Shown here: piece by piece, positions 1 through 14,100 of the stretch | Layout of the letters: each line of letters opens with the position of its first letter | Numbering within the stretch: position 1 is the stretch's first letter | NCBI RefSeq assembly: GCF_006345805.1 | Contig: NC_043016.1 | Location: 5,456,001-5,520,000, forward strand | Length of the DNA: 64,000 nt | Reading direction: 5' to 3' | Source: Octopus sinensis | Taxonomy: Eukaryota | Made by a program: the position numbers and the translations under genes | Notes under the pieces: model-generated | What the model was told of the DNA's origin: nothing | What the model saw: only the letters and a program-made list of their open reading frames with translations | Database searches by the model: none

Positions 1-197
1 CTTTATAGACACACTAATGTGACATGTCACTTTATGTATTCAAAAAATTTAATTTCTTCAACAAAATGCTCTCTGGCAATTATAATACCATTGTTACGAA
101 TGACAAGAGTGTAGGACCACAAAAATATCCAGTGAAAATAAATGGAAATTAATGCGAAAAACTACAGATGAACGAAACAAAATAATGATAGATAGTT

Positions 198-366
<169 letters not shown>

Positions 367-559
367 CATTTAGATACATAGGCAGGCAATAGCCAGACAG
401 AAAGAAAGAAGGCGTTCGGAATAAATATAGCGATTTTATGCTTGATATATTGGTGAATAGTCAACAGCGTTGGAGAATATAAGGATTAATGTTGTAGTTG
501 AGAAAAAGTTAACTGTCATGAGGACTGGAGACTATCTGAATTGGGTAAAAGAGTGACCT

Positions 560-1070
560 GCATCATGATGATTCACCACATCACAACTTGTTCCACGTAC
601 TGTAAACACTGTAAAAGATGTATGACGTGACACGAATGCAGACTACGAAGCTGTAGCCAACAGCGAGGGCTACTGCAGTCGTTATGACTGCATCCGTTGG
701 CTGGAGTTCTCCACACTTTTGAACAGTGCCTCAGACTTAATTCAGACGGCTATGTGGAGTTGCTGGAAACTGGTCAATCCCTGTTAGAAAGCCATATGTG
801 AGGCAGCAGTATTCAGTTGCTTGCCATATCCAGGAAATAGTCAGAGGTTGTTGTCAGAGAATTTCTACAACTTAACCAGCCCCAATTTTTAACCTCCTAA
901 TTACCCCATTATAACCCCCATGGATTTGTATGTGTAGAGCCCTGTAAAGACAGATACCAACCGTCCTGCCTGCCACACTTGGCCGAACTGGTGGTCAAGG
1001 TCAAGGAGGTATTCAAATATCTTCCCAGAAACACAGTGAGGAACACATGTACCAGGTTCCGGAGCCGTCT
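560..1070 (+). mobile_element. Degenerate Tc1/mariner-superfamily (DD37D/maT-like) transposase remnant
   Basis: The 3' part reads roughly P-N-x-P-x-x-N-PMDLYV...LVVKVKEVFKYLPRNTVRNTCTRFRSRL, an SPDLNPLD-type C-terminus. It resembles the remnant at 41.0-41.5 kb and ends at an (AGT)n tract. Confidence 0.6.

Positions 1071-1148
<78 letters not shown>
1071..1148. repeat. (AGT)n microsatellite
   Basis: Tandem trinucleotide repeat read directly. Confidence 0.98.
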
Positions 1149-1630
1149 CCACCCGCCAAACTTATCAGTCCAACGTCATAACCTCCAGGCCCTGGATGCA
1201 GTGTCTGCAGTCAAGTTGTCAATGTGTGATGACATTTTCCTCTTCTTACATCACCATAAAGTGGGTTCCACAAGACTAATTTGGATACTTCCAATCCAAA
1301 TGGTCGCAGTCATCTTTTCCTAAGTCTTCATAAAGGCATTCGTTTATCATATGTTGCTGCTATTTCACATTTAGGGTAATTCGTAACATCCTTGGGTAGC
1401 AACCTTGGTAACATCCTTGGGTAGCAACCATTAAGCCCGTTTGATAAAAGAAAAAATAAAGTGGACGGGGAGCTGACACTTTAGCAGCTCAAGACAGATT
1501 CTGGCAAGCCAAGATAGTGACCCATTTTTGATTCCCTTATAACCCTGTTTCCCTGCTTCTCTGCCGTCTTGAGGCCGTGGTGCAAGTCGAGGATGGCTAT
1601 TTTGAATAAAATGTTATCACTGAAACATAA

Positions 1631-3407
1631 CACTGTTCAACAAAATGAAACTTTTTAAAATCGTCAGAGTTGCTGATTGACTTTTCTGGGGTAATTTTTG
1701 ATGCTGATTTCGAATCTGAAGTCCGATTTTCTCTATCAGGTCACATTTTCGTGTTAATGGTACCTGCTGTTTTAACTTATAGGATACGTAAAGCATGTCT
1801 ATATAAAGTATATTGACTACAAGATACAATGATTTCCTGACTTTTTATTGTACAAAATTAAAATTATTGTGTACAAATAAGTTAGAATACACTCAAATGC
1901 ATAACAACTTGAAATCTTTGGGATTTGGACTTTCTATAGTGCTTTGTCTCAGGTTCATCCCTGTATAACATCCAACAGTAGTCAGCTAACATTACTGCAT
2001 TCCAAAATCCTTGATACCGTTGTTTCATCGATGTAATATCTTGATGAAAGCATTCCCCTTGCTTATCAGACACTGTTCCATGGTTCTCTGCAAAAAGTCC
2101 AGATGTGAATCAAGGAAATGGATTTTTAGTGACATCCAACAGCCCATTGCAGCGTAGGAGTCATTTCACTCCATTTCTAAACTCTAGAGATCTCTTGTTT
2201 CCTAGGAAATGTTCACAGAGCCATTTGAAGGATTCCCAGGTTTTAAACTCAATCTCATCCAGTGCTGTTAGGAAGTGGCTGCCATTCTGTAGTTCTTTTA
2301 TCTGCGGGTCTATGAATACGCCCTCCTTCAGTTTTGCCTCGGTGATTTCTGGAAATTTGGCATATTTCACATATTCAAAACCTTTTGAGCTTTTCTTGGC
2401 AAGTGTCTTCACGAATTGTTTCATGAGGCCAAGCTTTATGTGAAGAGGGGGAAGAAGAACATTTTCTGGGTTTAAAAGTGGCTTACTCTGGACGCTAGAA
2501 ACTCCCGGCTCATATGATTTTTGCAAAGGCCACTCTGATTGCACATAGTGCTTGTTAGTTACATGACTGTCCAATAGGCATAAAAAGCAACAATATTTCG
2601 AGAACCAAGATTGCATTCCCATCAACATTCCAATCACCTTCAGTAGTATTTTCTTCAGGAAATACAACTTCGTCATACATCTGAAGGCCATTCTCTGGTG
2701 GTATTGGAATAGGAAGATCACCATCGTTGTGTGGTACTGGTCTTCTTGCAGATTCCAAGTTGGGGTACACAATCTTATGTTTGGTCTTTACAGTAGACCC
2801 ACATACATTAACGTTGCAGAAATAACAGTCCATGAAATGATCCTTTGGCTCTTTCCATATCATAGGTATTGCAAACAGCATTGCTCTCTTCCTCTTATTT
2901 AGCAAATCCCTTAGTCCATTTGGACAAGCTGAGCAGATGATGTGCAGGGCCCAACTCTTATCTTGATCCCCGAGAGAGCAGCCAAAGTATAACTAGTAGA
3001 TCTTGATTTCATTTGTGATGGCAAGTTGCTGAGCTTTAGTGATAAATGAACCACAGACATGACAAAATATATCAGGACTGTTCTTGCAATGCCTTGACAT
3101 CCTGAGTAGAATTTGATGATGATGACGACTTGGCACCTTAAAAAGAAAGTAAAATTTATGAAAAGAAAAGATTATAAAAACGTAAAATTATGCAATGATT
3201 ACAAATAATTATAAAACAGAAGTCAGAATTTACCTGTATCAGACGTTATGTGTAGCGATACCTCTGATGGGAGTTATACACCTCTCTTATATCATGAAAA
3301 AAACTGTGCCTGATAGAAGGAACCAATTACATTTTTGAAATCTGCGAACAAAACTACATATAAGACACGATATAATATCCCTGATGAAAATTGGCTGTTA
3401 ACCACTG
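1631..3407 (-). mobile_element. Chapaev3-like (CMC superfamily) DNA transposon, internally deleted fossil
   Basis: The left end TAA|CACTGTTCAACAA matches a decayed right end CTGTTAACCACTG at 9/13 positions as an inverted repeat. A broken transposase lies inside on the minus strand. Family name is from motif recall. Confidence 0.72.
1882..3100 (-). pseudogene. Chapaev3-like transposase pseudogene
   Basis: MSRHCKNSPDIFCHVCG...GDQDKSW...AIPMIWKEPKDHFMDCYFC (Cys/His-rich N-terminus), LLPPLHIKLGLMKQFVK, EGVFIDPQI, SDKQGECFHQDI...YQGFWNAVMLADYCW. Stops, frameshifts and an internal deletion near 2640. Confidence 0.8.
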
Positions 3408-3533
3408 TTAATCTAGACATTTTTTTCTGATTTTTGCAAAATATTTTTATTTTTTAATGGAATATGTTTTCTTTTCCTCTTATGCACTCTCTCATACGTA
3501 TATATACATGTGTGTGTGTGTGTGTATGTATAC

Positions 3534-3608
<75 letters not shown>

Positions 3609-3609
3609 C

Positions 3610-3696
<87 letters not shown>
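3534..3696. repeat. (GATA)n microsatellite, 3' flank of the Tx1 element
   Basis: Repeat read directly; abuts the element's 3' end. Confidence 0.98.
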
Positions 3697-3697
<1 letters not shown>

Positions 3698-4042
3698 CTG
3701 TATATTGTAGTCACACAGGGCTAAACACAGAATAAAAATGGACGAAATATAATGTAGAATTTTTTTCTTTTCGAGGTGGGATGGGTGGGGCACAAAAAAA
3801 AGTTTGATCAATAGGGATCTGTGGGTTGTGTGGTGTATAAAAAAGCAATATATATATATATAAAGTTCACAGTTTAGGTGTAGCCTTGGAAAGAAAAACC
3901 TACAAAAAAGACCAAGGTCACTTCAGACGGTTCGAAAATGAACACATGAGTAAGTCGCCTTACTTCTCGTTGTCTCTTTTGGTTACAGATTTATGCTTAA
4001 AATAGAGTCGTCTTTCATACTGACCATTTTTGCCACTTTTAC

Positions 4043-7000
4043 TCACTTTTTATTAAAACATTCGTTCGACAAAGCCTTCCTCTCTATTCTCATCCTCCTT
4101 TTCAAGTGGTACTTGAAAAAGTTAACGAGAGACTGACCAGAGGGGAAGGTGTTTGCTTGCAGTCCTTTCATACGCGTCCACCACACACATTCTATCGCCA
4201 TAGCCATCAGCGTAACGAAAACCGTTTTCCCTTCCCGTTTAAAGGAAGGTGGTGGAACAATACTGACGATAGACTCGGCCGATAGGCGAGCCCGACCTAC
4301 ACGTGACAACAGCTGTTCGACGAAGGTCCACAGCTCTGAAATATCTAGACACTGCACGAGTGCGTGCAGAACGGTTTCGTCGCTCTGACCGCATCTCGGG
4401 CAGGTCGGTCCGGTGATGGTTTTCGAACCGTGTCTGTAGCTCTTCTCTCGAACAGGTAGTGCGTCTCGATAGCACTGCCAAGCCAGGGATTTCTGGAAGT
4501 TATCCATAGGCCCCGGCCCGAACGTCGTCCTGAACAGGCGGGTTAGGAATTTCTCGTCGACGCCCAGGTTTGCCCCGAGTGTGCCGTCGGACCTCCCCTC
4601 CACTAGTCCTCTATAGAACGCTTTAGTCGTTTGTAAGTTGCACAAGTTTGACCCCGGTCGGCAGAGCTGATGTAGAGCTTGGCGACACTCTCGGTGCCAA
4701 TCGCCCAGTTTCGGTCTCTTCTTAATCCACGGTTGCAGTTCGATCAGTGAGACGAGCTGTGGGAAGGCGCGCCTCACAAACGGCGCCCACACCTGTTCAC
4801 CGTCGTCGATGAAGTTCCAGAGATGTCGCAGTCTCAGCGCATGCCTGCGCATCATCAACCACGGCATGCCCAGTCCTCCATTCAACGGATGTTGACAGCA
4901 AATGGACTTCCTCACCATCGGAACGCCACCCTTCCACAGGAAGCGAAAGAGTATGCGTTCCAGTTTGTTGATGGTGGCGTCGGGACAAGGTACGACGGTC
5001 AGGCGGTAATCGATTACGGATGCGATGTACAAGTTCGCCACCTCCGCCCGGCCTTTTAGAGACAGCTTTCTCTCGGCCCATGTTTGGCTGAGAGCGACCA
5101 CTCTACTCGTAATCTCGTCCCAGTTCTTATCCATTTGGAGGTCCGGACTGAACCAGACCCCGAGCAATTTAACCGGTCCGTCCGTCCAGCGTCCCACTAC
5201 TGAGCCGCAGTCGGACGGCATGGGCTTGCTTCTCCAGGTGCCGAGTAGCAAACCCACTGACTTTTCCGGGTTAATCTTCGCTCCCGTCACCGTTTCGTAT
5301 TTTCTTAGTGTCTCGCCTATCATCTGGATGTGTTTGTCGCTCGACACTATGACGGTGACATCGTCCGTATATGCCGACACGATCGTCCCGCAACCCAGTT
5401 CCCGTGGGATGCCCCTCAGTGTCGCCAGCTTCCGCAGTAACGGCTCTAGAGTCAATACATACAGAAGCGCCTGACGGACTGAACGCGTGATGTCAAACGG
5501 TTTCGACAGGTGACCGTTCACCCGAATCACCGATCGGATGCCGCTATACAAGGCAGCGATCCAACCGCGGAAGACGGGACCGAAGCCAGCCGCCCTGAGG
5601 ACGGCCGCCAAGTACCGATGGTCGACCCTATCGAAGGCTTTAGACTGATCCAAATTGATCAGCGCCCTACCCATGCCAGGATCCTTACCTACTCTGTCCA
5701 CAATGTAGCGCATCAGATGGAGGTTGTCATGTATGGTTCTGCCCGGCACGGCGCATTTTTGCGCCCTGTCGACCAGTTTACCAATGAAAAGCGCCAACCT
5801 CCCGGCTATTATTTTGGCCAAAATTTTCAAATCTGCGTTGAGCAGAGTGATGGGCCTGAAATTATCTATAAAATTCTCCTTGTTTGGGTCTTTTTTCAGC
5901 AACGAAACCGGGGATTCTCCCGTTTTGTTGCCAGTTGCAGTAGACTGATGCCAAGAGGTCGCCAAACAAGTCTGGCATTTGACAATACAGCTCGTAGGGT
6001 AAACCATCCAATCCAGGCGGCTTATCCCTCGCGAAGCCCGCCATCGCATCCCGCACGTCAGCGGCTGTGATGGGACTTTCACAAACTCCGCTTCTCTTGC
6101 CGAGAGCCGCGGCAGGTCGGTCAGGTAGGCACTCAAATCCATCCCGCGTTCCGACCCACCACTCGCACCAAACAGTCGAGCAAAGTGCTGTTGAAAGGCC
6201 TCTAACATCCTTTCGGGTTCGAGTAAACTGCATCCCTGTTGATCTATTAGAGACCGAATGGTGGCTTTGTTGCCACGCTGCGCCTCCGCTACCCGGGCCT
6301 CTCGCGCAGCTTCGATCCCTTCGTTCCTTAAGGCACGCATTTTAGCTCTGACGACGCAACCTTCGTGCTTGGCGTTGAGGTGTTCGTCGAGGGCCATCCT
6401 CGCAGCCAGCACGTTGGTTGCGCTGCCAGTGGTAAATGCCTCTTCTAGTTTCTTAACCAAGTCTCCCTCTACTCTATTTCGTTCTATCGCTAATTCCTTG
6501 TTAAACCTAATTGATTCCGATTTTATTGCCATTTTCAGGGCGAACCACCAGCGGTTGTTAACGACGGCTCCCGTCAGCGCCCTCTTAATTAACTCGCTAA
6601 TCCGGTTCCTGTAAACCTGTCGCGCTAACAGCGACGTGTTCTGTTTCCAGTAACCGGGACCCTGTCTATGTGTCTTATCTAAGTCGAGCGTACACGTAAC
6701 AAATTTGTGATCTGTGTAGCTGACTATTTTAAATTGTGGACATCCTACACTATCCCTATCCGCTGTCCTGCATAGAATTCTATCTAGATAAAATCTCGAC
6801 GATCCGACGCGGTTTGTCCAAGTCCACGTTGGCACGTTCGGATGGTCGAGTCGGAACCTGTCAGACAAATGGAAACGTCTGAGTAAGTCTTTGAAGCACT
6901 TACACCGCCTTCTATTCCTATCCATTCCCACATAATCTAGATGCGTGTCCAAGGTAGCGTTCCAATCCCCTACTAACAGTAAAGGTCTAGACGTACCCAG

Positions 7001-7386
7001 GAAACCTCTAGACGTCTGAAAAAATCCGCCGGACCCGTTAAGGACGGTGCATAAACTGCCATCAGACGGAATGCACACCCATTTCTGCCATTCACGTCCA
7101 AGACAACCAGCCTACCCTCCGAGTCTAGGAATATTGCTCTTACTTTTACCTTTAGACTCTTTCGAAAAAGCACCGCAGTACCTCCACCACCCATGTTCGG
7201 CAGACAGGGAGAAAAATAAAAGTCGAATTGATTGCCAAACATGGACGCGAGGGCCCGCGGCTTGCTGAGTCTGGTTTCACTGAGAGCTACTATATCCACA
7301 TTCAGTGACTTGATGTCGTTTAGAAGGTAACCTTGCTTCCAAGCCGACGCCAAGCCACGCGCATTCACACAACCTAATTTAAGCAT
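4043..7386 (-). pseudogene. Tx1/L1 ORF2: apurinic-like endonuclease + reverse transcriptase + zinc knuckle (disrupted)
   Basis: MLKLGCVNARGL...LSETRL, LLVGDWNA, YLDRI, YTDHK (EN); FRPITLLNADLKIL, LDQSKAFDRVDH, AYTDDV (RT); CPRCGQSDETVLHALVQC. Frameshift near 7.0 kb, a compensated frameshift pair at 5.9-6.1 kb, and loss of the GCPLS residues. Confidence 0.93.
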
Positions 7387-7452
7387 AATTGACGTTTACG
7401 AAAATTGTGTTTCACACACTACATTGGAAGAGACAAGAAGCGAGAGGGAAGG

Positions 7453-9440
7453 TCACTTACTCATTTCGAAAGTTTCAGTTTTTTCTTCTTCATCTTTAAG
7501 GAGGTGTTTGTATAGTTTTTTGGAGAGGAATCGTTGAAACCCGCCTACCGCATTTGGAAATATTGTTTTCAGTGTATGGTGTTGTGTTTGTGTTATGTGT
7601 ACAATTCTTATGTGTTTCGGTAGTGTGGTGCGCGGATGATTATTTGTCTTAAAGTCATATTCACAGATGTCCGTGTTGGATGCAATGTAATCCATTAATT
7701 TTCTATTGTCTGTGTCTATTGCAGTTAGTTGTGTGTGTGGTTTTGCGGGTTCATTGATTTTTTGATTGTCTAGGGAGATGCTGTCCGGAGTTAAATATCT
7801 CCCTGCTTTACTTACTTGTTTGGGGGGCTTTTTTGATCTTTTCCTTTTACCCCCTATGGCTATTTGTCATTCCGTCGTTGGACGACGAGTCCGACGAATC
7901 ATAAGGGGGTAAAGGCAAAGCATTTGCGTTAATATGTATGCTTGTAGAAATTGTTGATGTTTTGTGCGGTGTTTGTGTTGTTGTGGTGTTAGGGGTAGAA
8001 TTTGTCTTCTCGTCACTGTTTTCTGTCTTTTTAGTTATCGTCCTCGGTGTTAGTGTTGGTCTATCTTTTGTTGGTTCAGTATGTTGAATTGGTTGCGACA
8101 TCAACAGTGATTGTGTTGGTACTGTTTCTTTTCTTGGTGATGTTGTTGGGGTTTGTTTGCTGGTTTGTTGTTTTTCTTGGTATTGTTCCATAATTGAGTG
8201 TGGTGGGTGTGGTGTGGTGTTGGCAACAAGGGTTTTTTATTTGTTTTCTGATTTGTTCTTTCTTGTTTTTTCTGTGCCAGAGCGCACTTGGCAATTAAAT
8301 GTTCTGGGCTGCACAGTTGTAGCATCTAGGCTTTTGCCTTCTGCTACAACAAATAGGTTTTGCCCATTTTCTCAATGGATCCTATCAGGTAGGTTCTCTA
8401 TAGAGGACCCCTCAATCAGGATGGTCACTACTATTGTTTTACCACCCCAAATGTCGTTTATGTACACGGCGGTTTCTAATATGTTTATCGTGTTCAAATG
8501 GTAACAGATTGCCCCTGTTATCCATTTGTTAGGTATCTCGGGGGGTAAATTTTTAATGCTAATTCTACTCACACGCTGGCCTTTGTAATATGGTACAATG
8601 ATGATTTCATCATTTTGCAAAGACTCCGTAGAGTGAGCTTTTGCCACTTCCTGGTTAGGGAAGCGGACCACCGCTGTATTAAACTGGGGACCCCAGTTTA
8701 TATATTCTTTTTTTTCATTATGTTTTTAAACACTCTTCTATGTCCGTTTCTGTAATCTGTTCATTTTGTTTTTTGTTTTTTCTTATAATTTTATATATAA
8801 TTGTCTTATTTCCTATTTGTTCCTTTATGTGTTGAGGTGTATGCAGCACTAAATCCTGCCATTGGGTTGTAAAGAGTGCTCTCGTTTCTATTAACTCTTC
8901 ATTCGTAAATTTTATCATCTCTTTTTTGTGACGCAGGGCGTCAGCGAAATTTAGTGTTATATTCTGGCAGTTGTTGTCGTTGTGTGTTTTTGTTGTTGTA
9001 TCCGAAATATTCTTGTACGTGGCTTTTACATCTGCTGTTGATTCTGTTGTATTAACATCTTCACTATTAGATAGTAAGATATTTATTTCATTTTTATTGT
9101 TGTTCTTCTTGTTGTTGTTTTTGTTAATAGTATTCGCGTAAGTTTCATTTTTATCATTTATGTTGGACGTGGTGGTGGTGGTATTGGTGGTGGAGGTGGT
9201 GGTTGTAGCAGTAGTAGTCTCGTTGTTGTTGTTGTTAGTGGTGGTGGTGGTGGTGGTGGTCGTCGTCGTCGTCGTGACAGGGCTGTTACCGCAAGTGGTT
9301 GCAGCGTTCACTACCACGTCATTCAGGTTTGCACTTTGCGTGCATAAGTTCTTTTTTTTTTCTCCTAGCGTTTCAAGTCTAGGAAAATGCTGGTCCATAA
9401 AGGAACGCAACCAGCGTTCTACAATAACATTTCTCGACAT
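7453..9440 (-). pseudogene. Tx1/L1 ORF1 (gag-like; putative RRM + CCHC zinc knuckle), frameshifted
   Basis: Pieces 8718..9440, 8372..8671, 7847..8325 and 7453..7695 join through small indels. AVVRFPNQEVAK...PYYKGQRVSRISIKNLPPEI is RRM-like. CYNC-x-SPEHLIAKC (CX2CX4HX4C) is split by a frameshift near 8320. Thr/Asn-rich low-complexity tract. Confidence 0.75.
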
Positions 9441-9631
9441 TAAAAATGTCGAGAAGAAAAATACACAAATTAAAATGGATTGAAACTGCCCCTAGGGGTG
9501 AATTCCTCCCTTGGAAAAGCACTCAATTGGGTGCCTTACACACCTTATTTACAAAAATGTACACAAAACATGGGCTATAAATAGTCAAAATAAACGATTA
9601 TCTTCGGAGCCGAGGTGACAACACGTCCGTC

Positions 9632-9783
<152 letters not shown>

Positions 9784-11689
9784 TTGTGGCGTTTTACTTT
9801 TAAATACTCATTTAGGTGCACCATGTAATGGTCGAATCCATTTAGTTTTACTTAGACTGTCCACTCCTTTAACCTGGTGGACTATCTTAGACTCTGTTCA
9901 TCAGCTATGAATGGGATGTTTTGGCTCGCTAGATCTCCAAGAAGGAGAGTTTTGTTATGCGCGACCTGGAACCTTGACGTGAGAACAGTTTGATTTCACT
10001 TTACAGATTCCTAGCTTGAACAGAATTCAAACCATAATCCTTCTCGTTATGCTTCGCGTCTTACCAATATTTGAATAGAATTGTTGCCAGGATTTTTGTG
10101 ATGGTGTATTTCAGGTTTATCTAACCTTTCTATTTTCATTTTTATGAGCATTTAAAACTATACACTGCATTGGCAATTATTAATGTCCAACCAGTTTATT
10201 GTATCAAATTTTAGAATTAGTAATAAATACTTCTTTGCAGTCATTTGCTAATTGTTGAATTCGTTTATTATTATCTATCCTGAATTCATTTAACAGAGGA
10301 CATAATATAACGGACCTTAAAACCGCAATTCATACAACCAACTTCATACCTTATTGCTAAAGATAGATACAACATTTATGTATACATGTGTGTGTGTGTG
10401 TGTGTGCATGTGTGTGTGCGTGTGTGTGTATACAGATATATATGTATATATGTACGTATAATTTAGGACAAACAGTAAGTTGTCATTATAGTACTCGGAG
10501 TTTCGAATGTCAGAGTGAAGAGCTGCGATAATTCTCGTCGGCTATTAATGGCAATAGACGCTATGAAAAACCGTTGAATAAAAGGGAAGTTACTCTATAG
10601 GTAGAAAAAAAGGAAAAAGAAAAAATACACGCAACCATATTCTCTCAATTCACAGACATAAAACCTCCTGCGTTCATAACGTCTACATACGTACAAACTC
10701 ACACAAGTATAGATAGATATATAATAAATTTATGTATGCATACATATATATTTATATATATATATATATATGGGAGAGAGAGAAAGAAAGAGGAAGAAAA
10801 TGGAATTCACAAGGGTATTATTCACTACGATCCATCCTGCGTCTGTCACTCACGGGTGAAGTGCTGTACTAACAGTTGTGACGTACCATTTGTGCAGTTG
10901 TGTCTCGCTCGGTGATTTGTCCGCCCGCCATCGCAGTATAGTTTGTTCTAATATAACATCGATGTTTAAGTGGGTTAAATATTCCCTCTCGGTATTAATA
11001 TTGCCTCTGTCGCTAATATATATCTTTTAAGAAGCTCACTGGCTAATCGCGACATCAGCGGCTATTTTGGCACTGTCAATCTATATATCGCTGACAGAGG
11101 GGACGAAACACTACTGCATCTAGCGGTCGAGTACCCATCATTGACAAGACCATACAAGGTCGAAATCACATGGTTTACTGGTCTCAGCGCTGGAGAAGGT
11201 AGGGATTTATCTCCCCGCTAGCGATATAAAATCCATGAGAGTTTCCCTCGTGATAACTACTGCCGTATAGTTTCTTCAAACAGAATATCCACGTGTAATT
11301 GGAAATAAACATTACTTGTCATTATTAACACTGCCTTTGTCGCTAATATATATTTTTTTATTAAAAAAAAATTAATAAAAGCCAAAAAGTAACTGGAGAA
11401 TGTGGTTCTGAAGAAACAGTCAATTCAATTTTTCGTGTAGTTTGGTCGTAAGTCAAAAGGAAATACATATACATGCATAACAGAATCGGAACTATGATAC
11501 ATTACCATCATTGCATCTACCTCGCCCGCCACTTCGATGCAAAAAGGGAAGAAAGAAGGAGAATAGCGTTTCAGAAAAATATTAAATTCAGTAGAATTTG
11601 AAGGAAAAATTGGTATTCGTTTCCCTCTGTCTCTCTCTTCTAATCTATCTGTTTCAGTCACTCTTTTTTCTCTTTATCTGTCGGTTCCT

Positions 11690-12492
<803 letters not shown>

Positions 12493-12909
12493 CAATAACC
12501 AGGCAACTGCATCGTTCAGTATTAATTACAGAGGCTTTTGTCAACAAAATCTTGCAATAAAACACGCTTTTTGTTCGTAGCCCAAATAGTTAGCAGCGTC
12601 GCTCTTCTAAAAGAAGTTCCGGTCCTCTTCATCAAAAGATGGCTTTTCAAGACGAAAATATTCTTCTATTCCATGAATTCTCTGCTGATTTCCTTCTGAA
12701 AGAAATAATAAATTTTCAACTGAATGGAGTTTGTTCTTATGATTTTTTATATTCATTTTTTTTATTTATTTATTTTTTATTTATTTATTTATTTATAGGA
12801 GAAATTATTTCTTTCTCTTTTTTCCCTGTCTATGATATTCTATGACCAATATGCTAGCGAGATTCCTTCCAAATTTCTGAATTTTTTTTCCGTCCGATGC
12901 AGTTATATT

Positions 12910-13605
12910 TTTTACTTGTTATAGTCATAAGATTGTGGCCATGCTGGGACACCGTCTTGAAGAATTTTGAGTTGAATGTATCGACTCTAGTGCTTATACT
13001 TTTCTGTAAAGCCTAGTACTTTTTCTATCGTTCTGTTTTGACGAACTATTAAGATACGATGACGTATCTTAACCAACACTTGTTGCTAAACTGTCGTGGG
13101 ACACACGCACACACACTTGTATACATACATATATATATATGTGTGTATATATACATATATATATTTATATATATATATGTATCAAATGAAATAAAATAAA
13201 AAACAGGACACAAAGGATGTCGCGGTACATATGTTTCGAGCTTTATATAACAACTTATTTTTACATCAATGCATAATCGACATAACAGATAGTTCAAAAG
13301 CCCTCTTCAGCCGCATGCAATTGCTACACCAAAGACTTGTATCACATTATGAAAGGTTTGAGAAAGAACATTTGGTATTGTTTATAATGGTAGGTAAACC
13401 GAGTATCATTGGGAAAGTATGTTTGTAAATCTTCATAATCATAATCATCATAATCAAATAGGCGTACATGGTATTATTAGACTCCCACAAATCGTCCATA
13501 CCGTTTTCTCACTCAATATAGAGTGAAATGGTATGCACAAAATGCCACGCAATGGGACTGAACTCAACCATATAGTTGGAAAGCAAGCATCTTACCACAC
13601 AGCCA
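12910..13605 (-). mobile_element. Old, diverged copy of tRNA-derived SINE family 1
   Basis: Tail-like GATTGTGGCCATGCTGGGACACCG at the left and head-like GGGACTGAACTC...CTTACCACACAGCCA at the right, matching the copies at 21573 and 36896. Confidence 0.65.
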
Positions 13606-14027
13606 AATTACAGACTAAGTTTATACTAACTTGAAAAGCTTCTTCTTTTATTCTACCACTTCAACGACTCAATAAAGTTATCCACCATCCCCACCATGAC
13701 TACCACTTTAAATTAGATATCATCTATAAAGAATTTTAATGATAACATCAATCTACATTTTTAATAAGTAAATAAAAATAATGAAGGCATAATTTTTTAA
13801 TAAGGTACTAATTATTCATGATCATGGAAACTATTAAAACGGGTAAAAATACAATTTTACATTTACTGTTTACAACAAAAGTTACATAAACGAGGGGCTT
13901 TAGTCTCGCTTACAACAATAGAACCTAATACAGATTATTGACGAACGATCTTGTTAAAGTCATCGATTTATTCATGAAGCACTTCAGTGAATTTCTTATT
14001 TCCTAATTGTTATTATAATATTAACAG

Positions 14028-14046
14028 CAACAACAACAATGATAAC

Positions 14047-14100
<54 letters not shown>
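14028..14100. repeat. (AAT)n microsatellite
   Basis: Read directly; 5' flank of the Dong-like element. Confidence 0.97.

Larger units (their letters stand above)
3697..9631 (-). mobile_element. Full-length (about 5.9 kb) Tx1/L1-clade non-LTR retrotransposon
   Basis: About 190 bp 5' UTR, ORF1, ORF2 (APE endonuclease, RT, C-terminal CCHC) and about 350 bp 3' UTR. The 3' terminus (TTTAGCCCTGTGTGACTACAATA) resembles that of the copy ending at 55020 (TCAGCCCTTGTGGCCAATA). Confidence 0.9.

Noticed and set aside
11040-11220. Short plus-strand frame containing GDETLLHLAVEY (ankyrin-like)
   Set aside because: One partial motif, an early stop, no second repeat and no convincing donor site.
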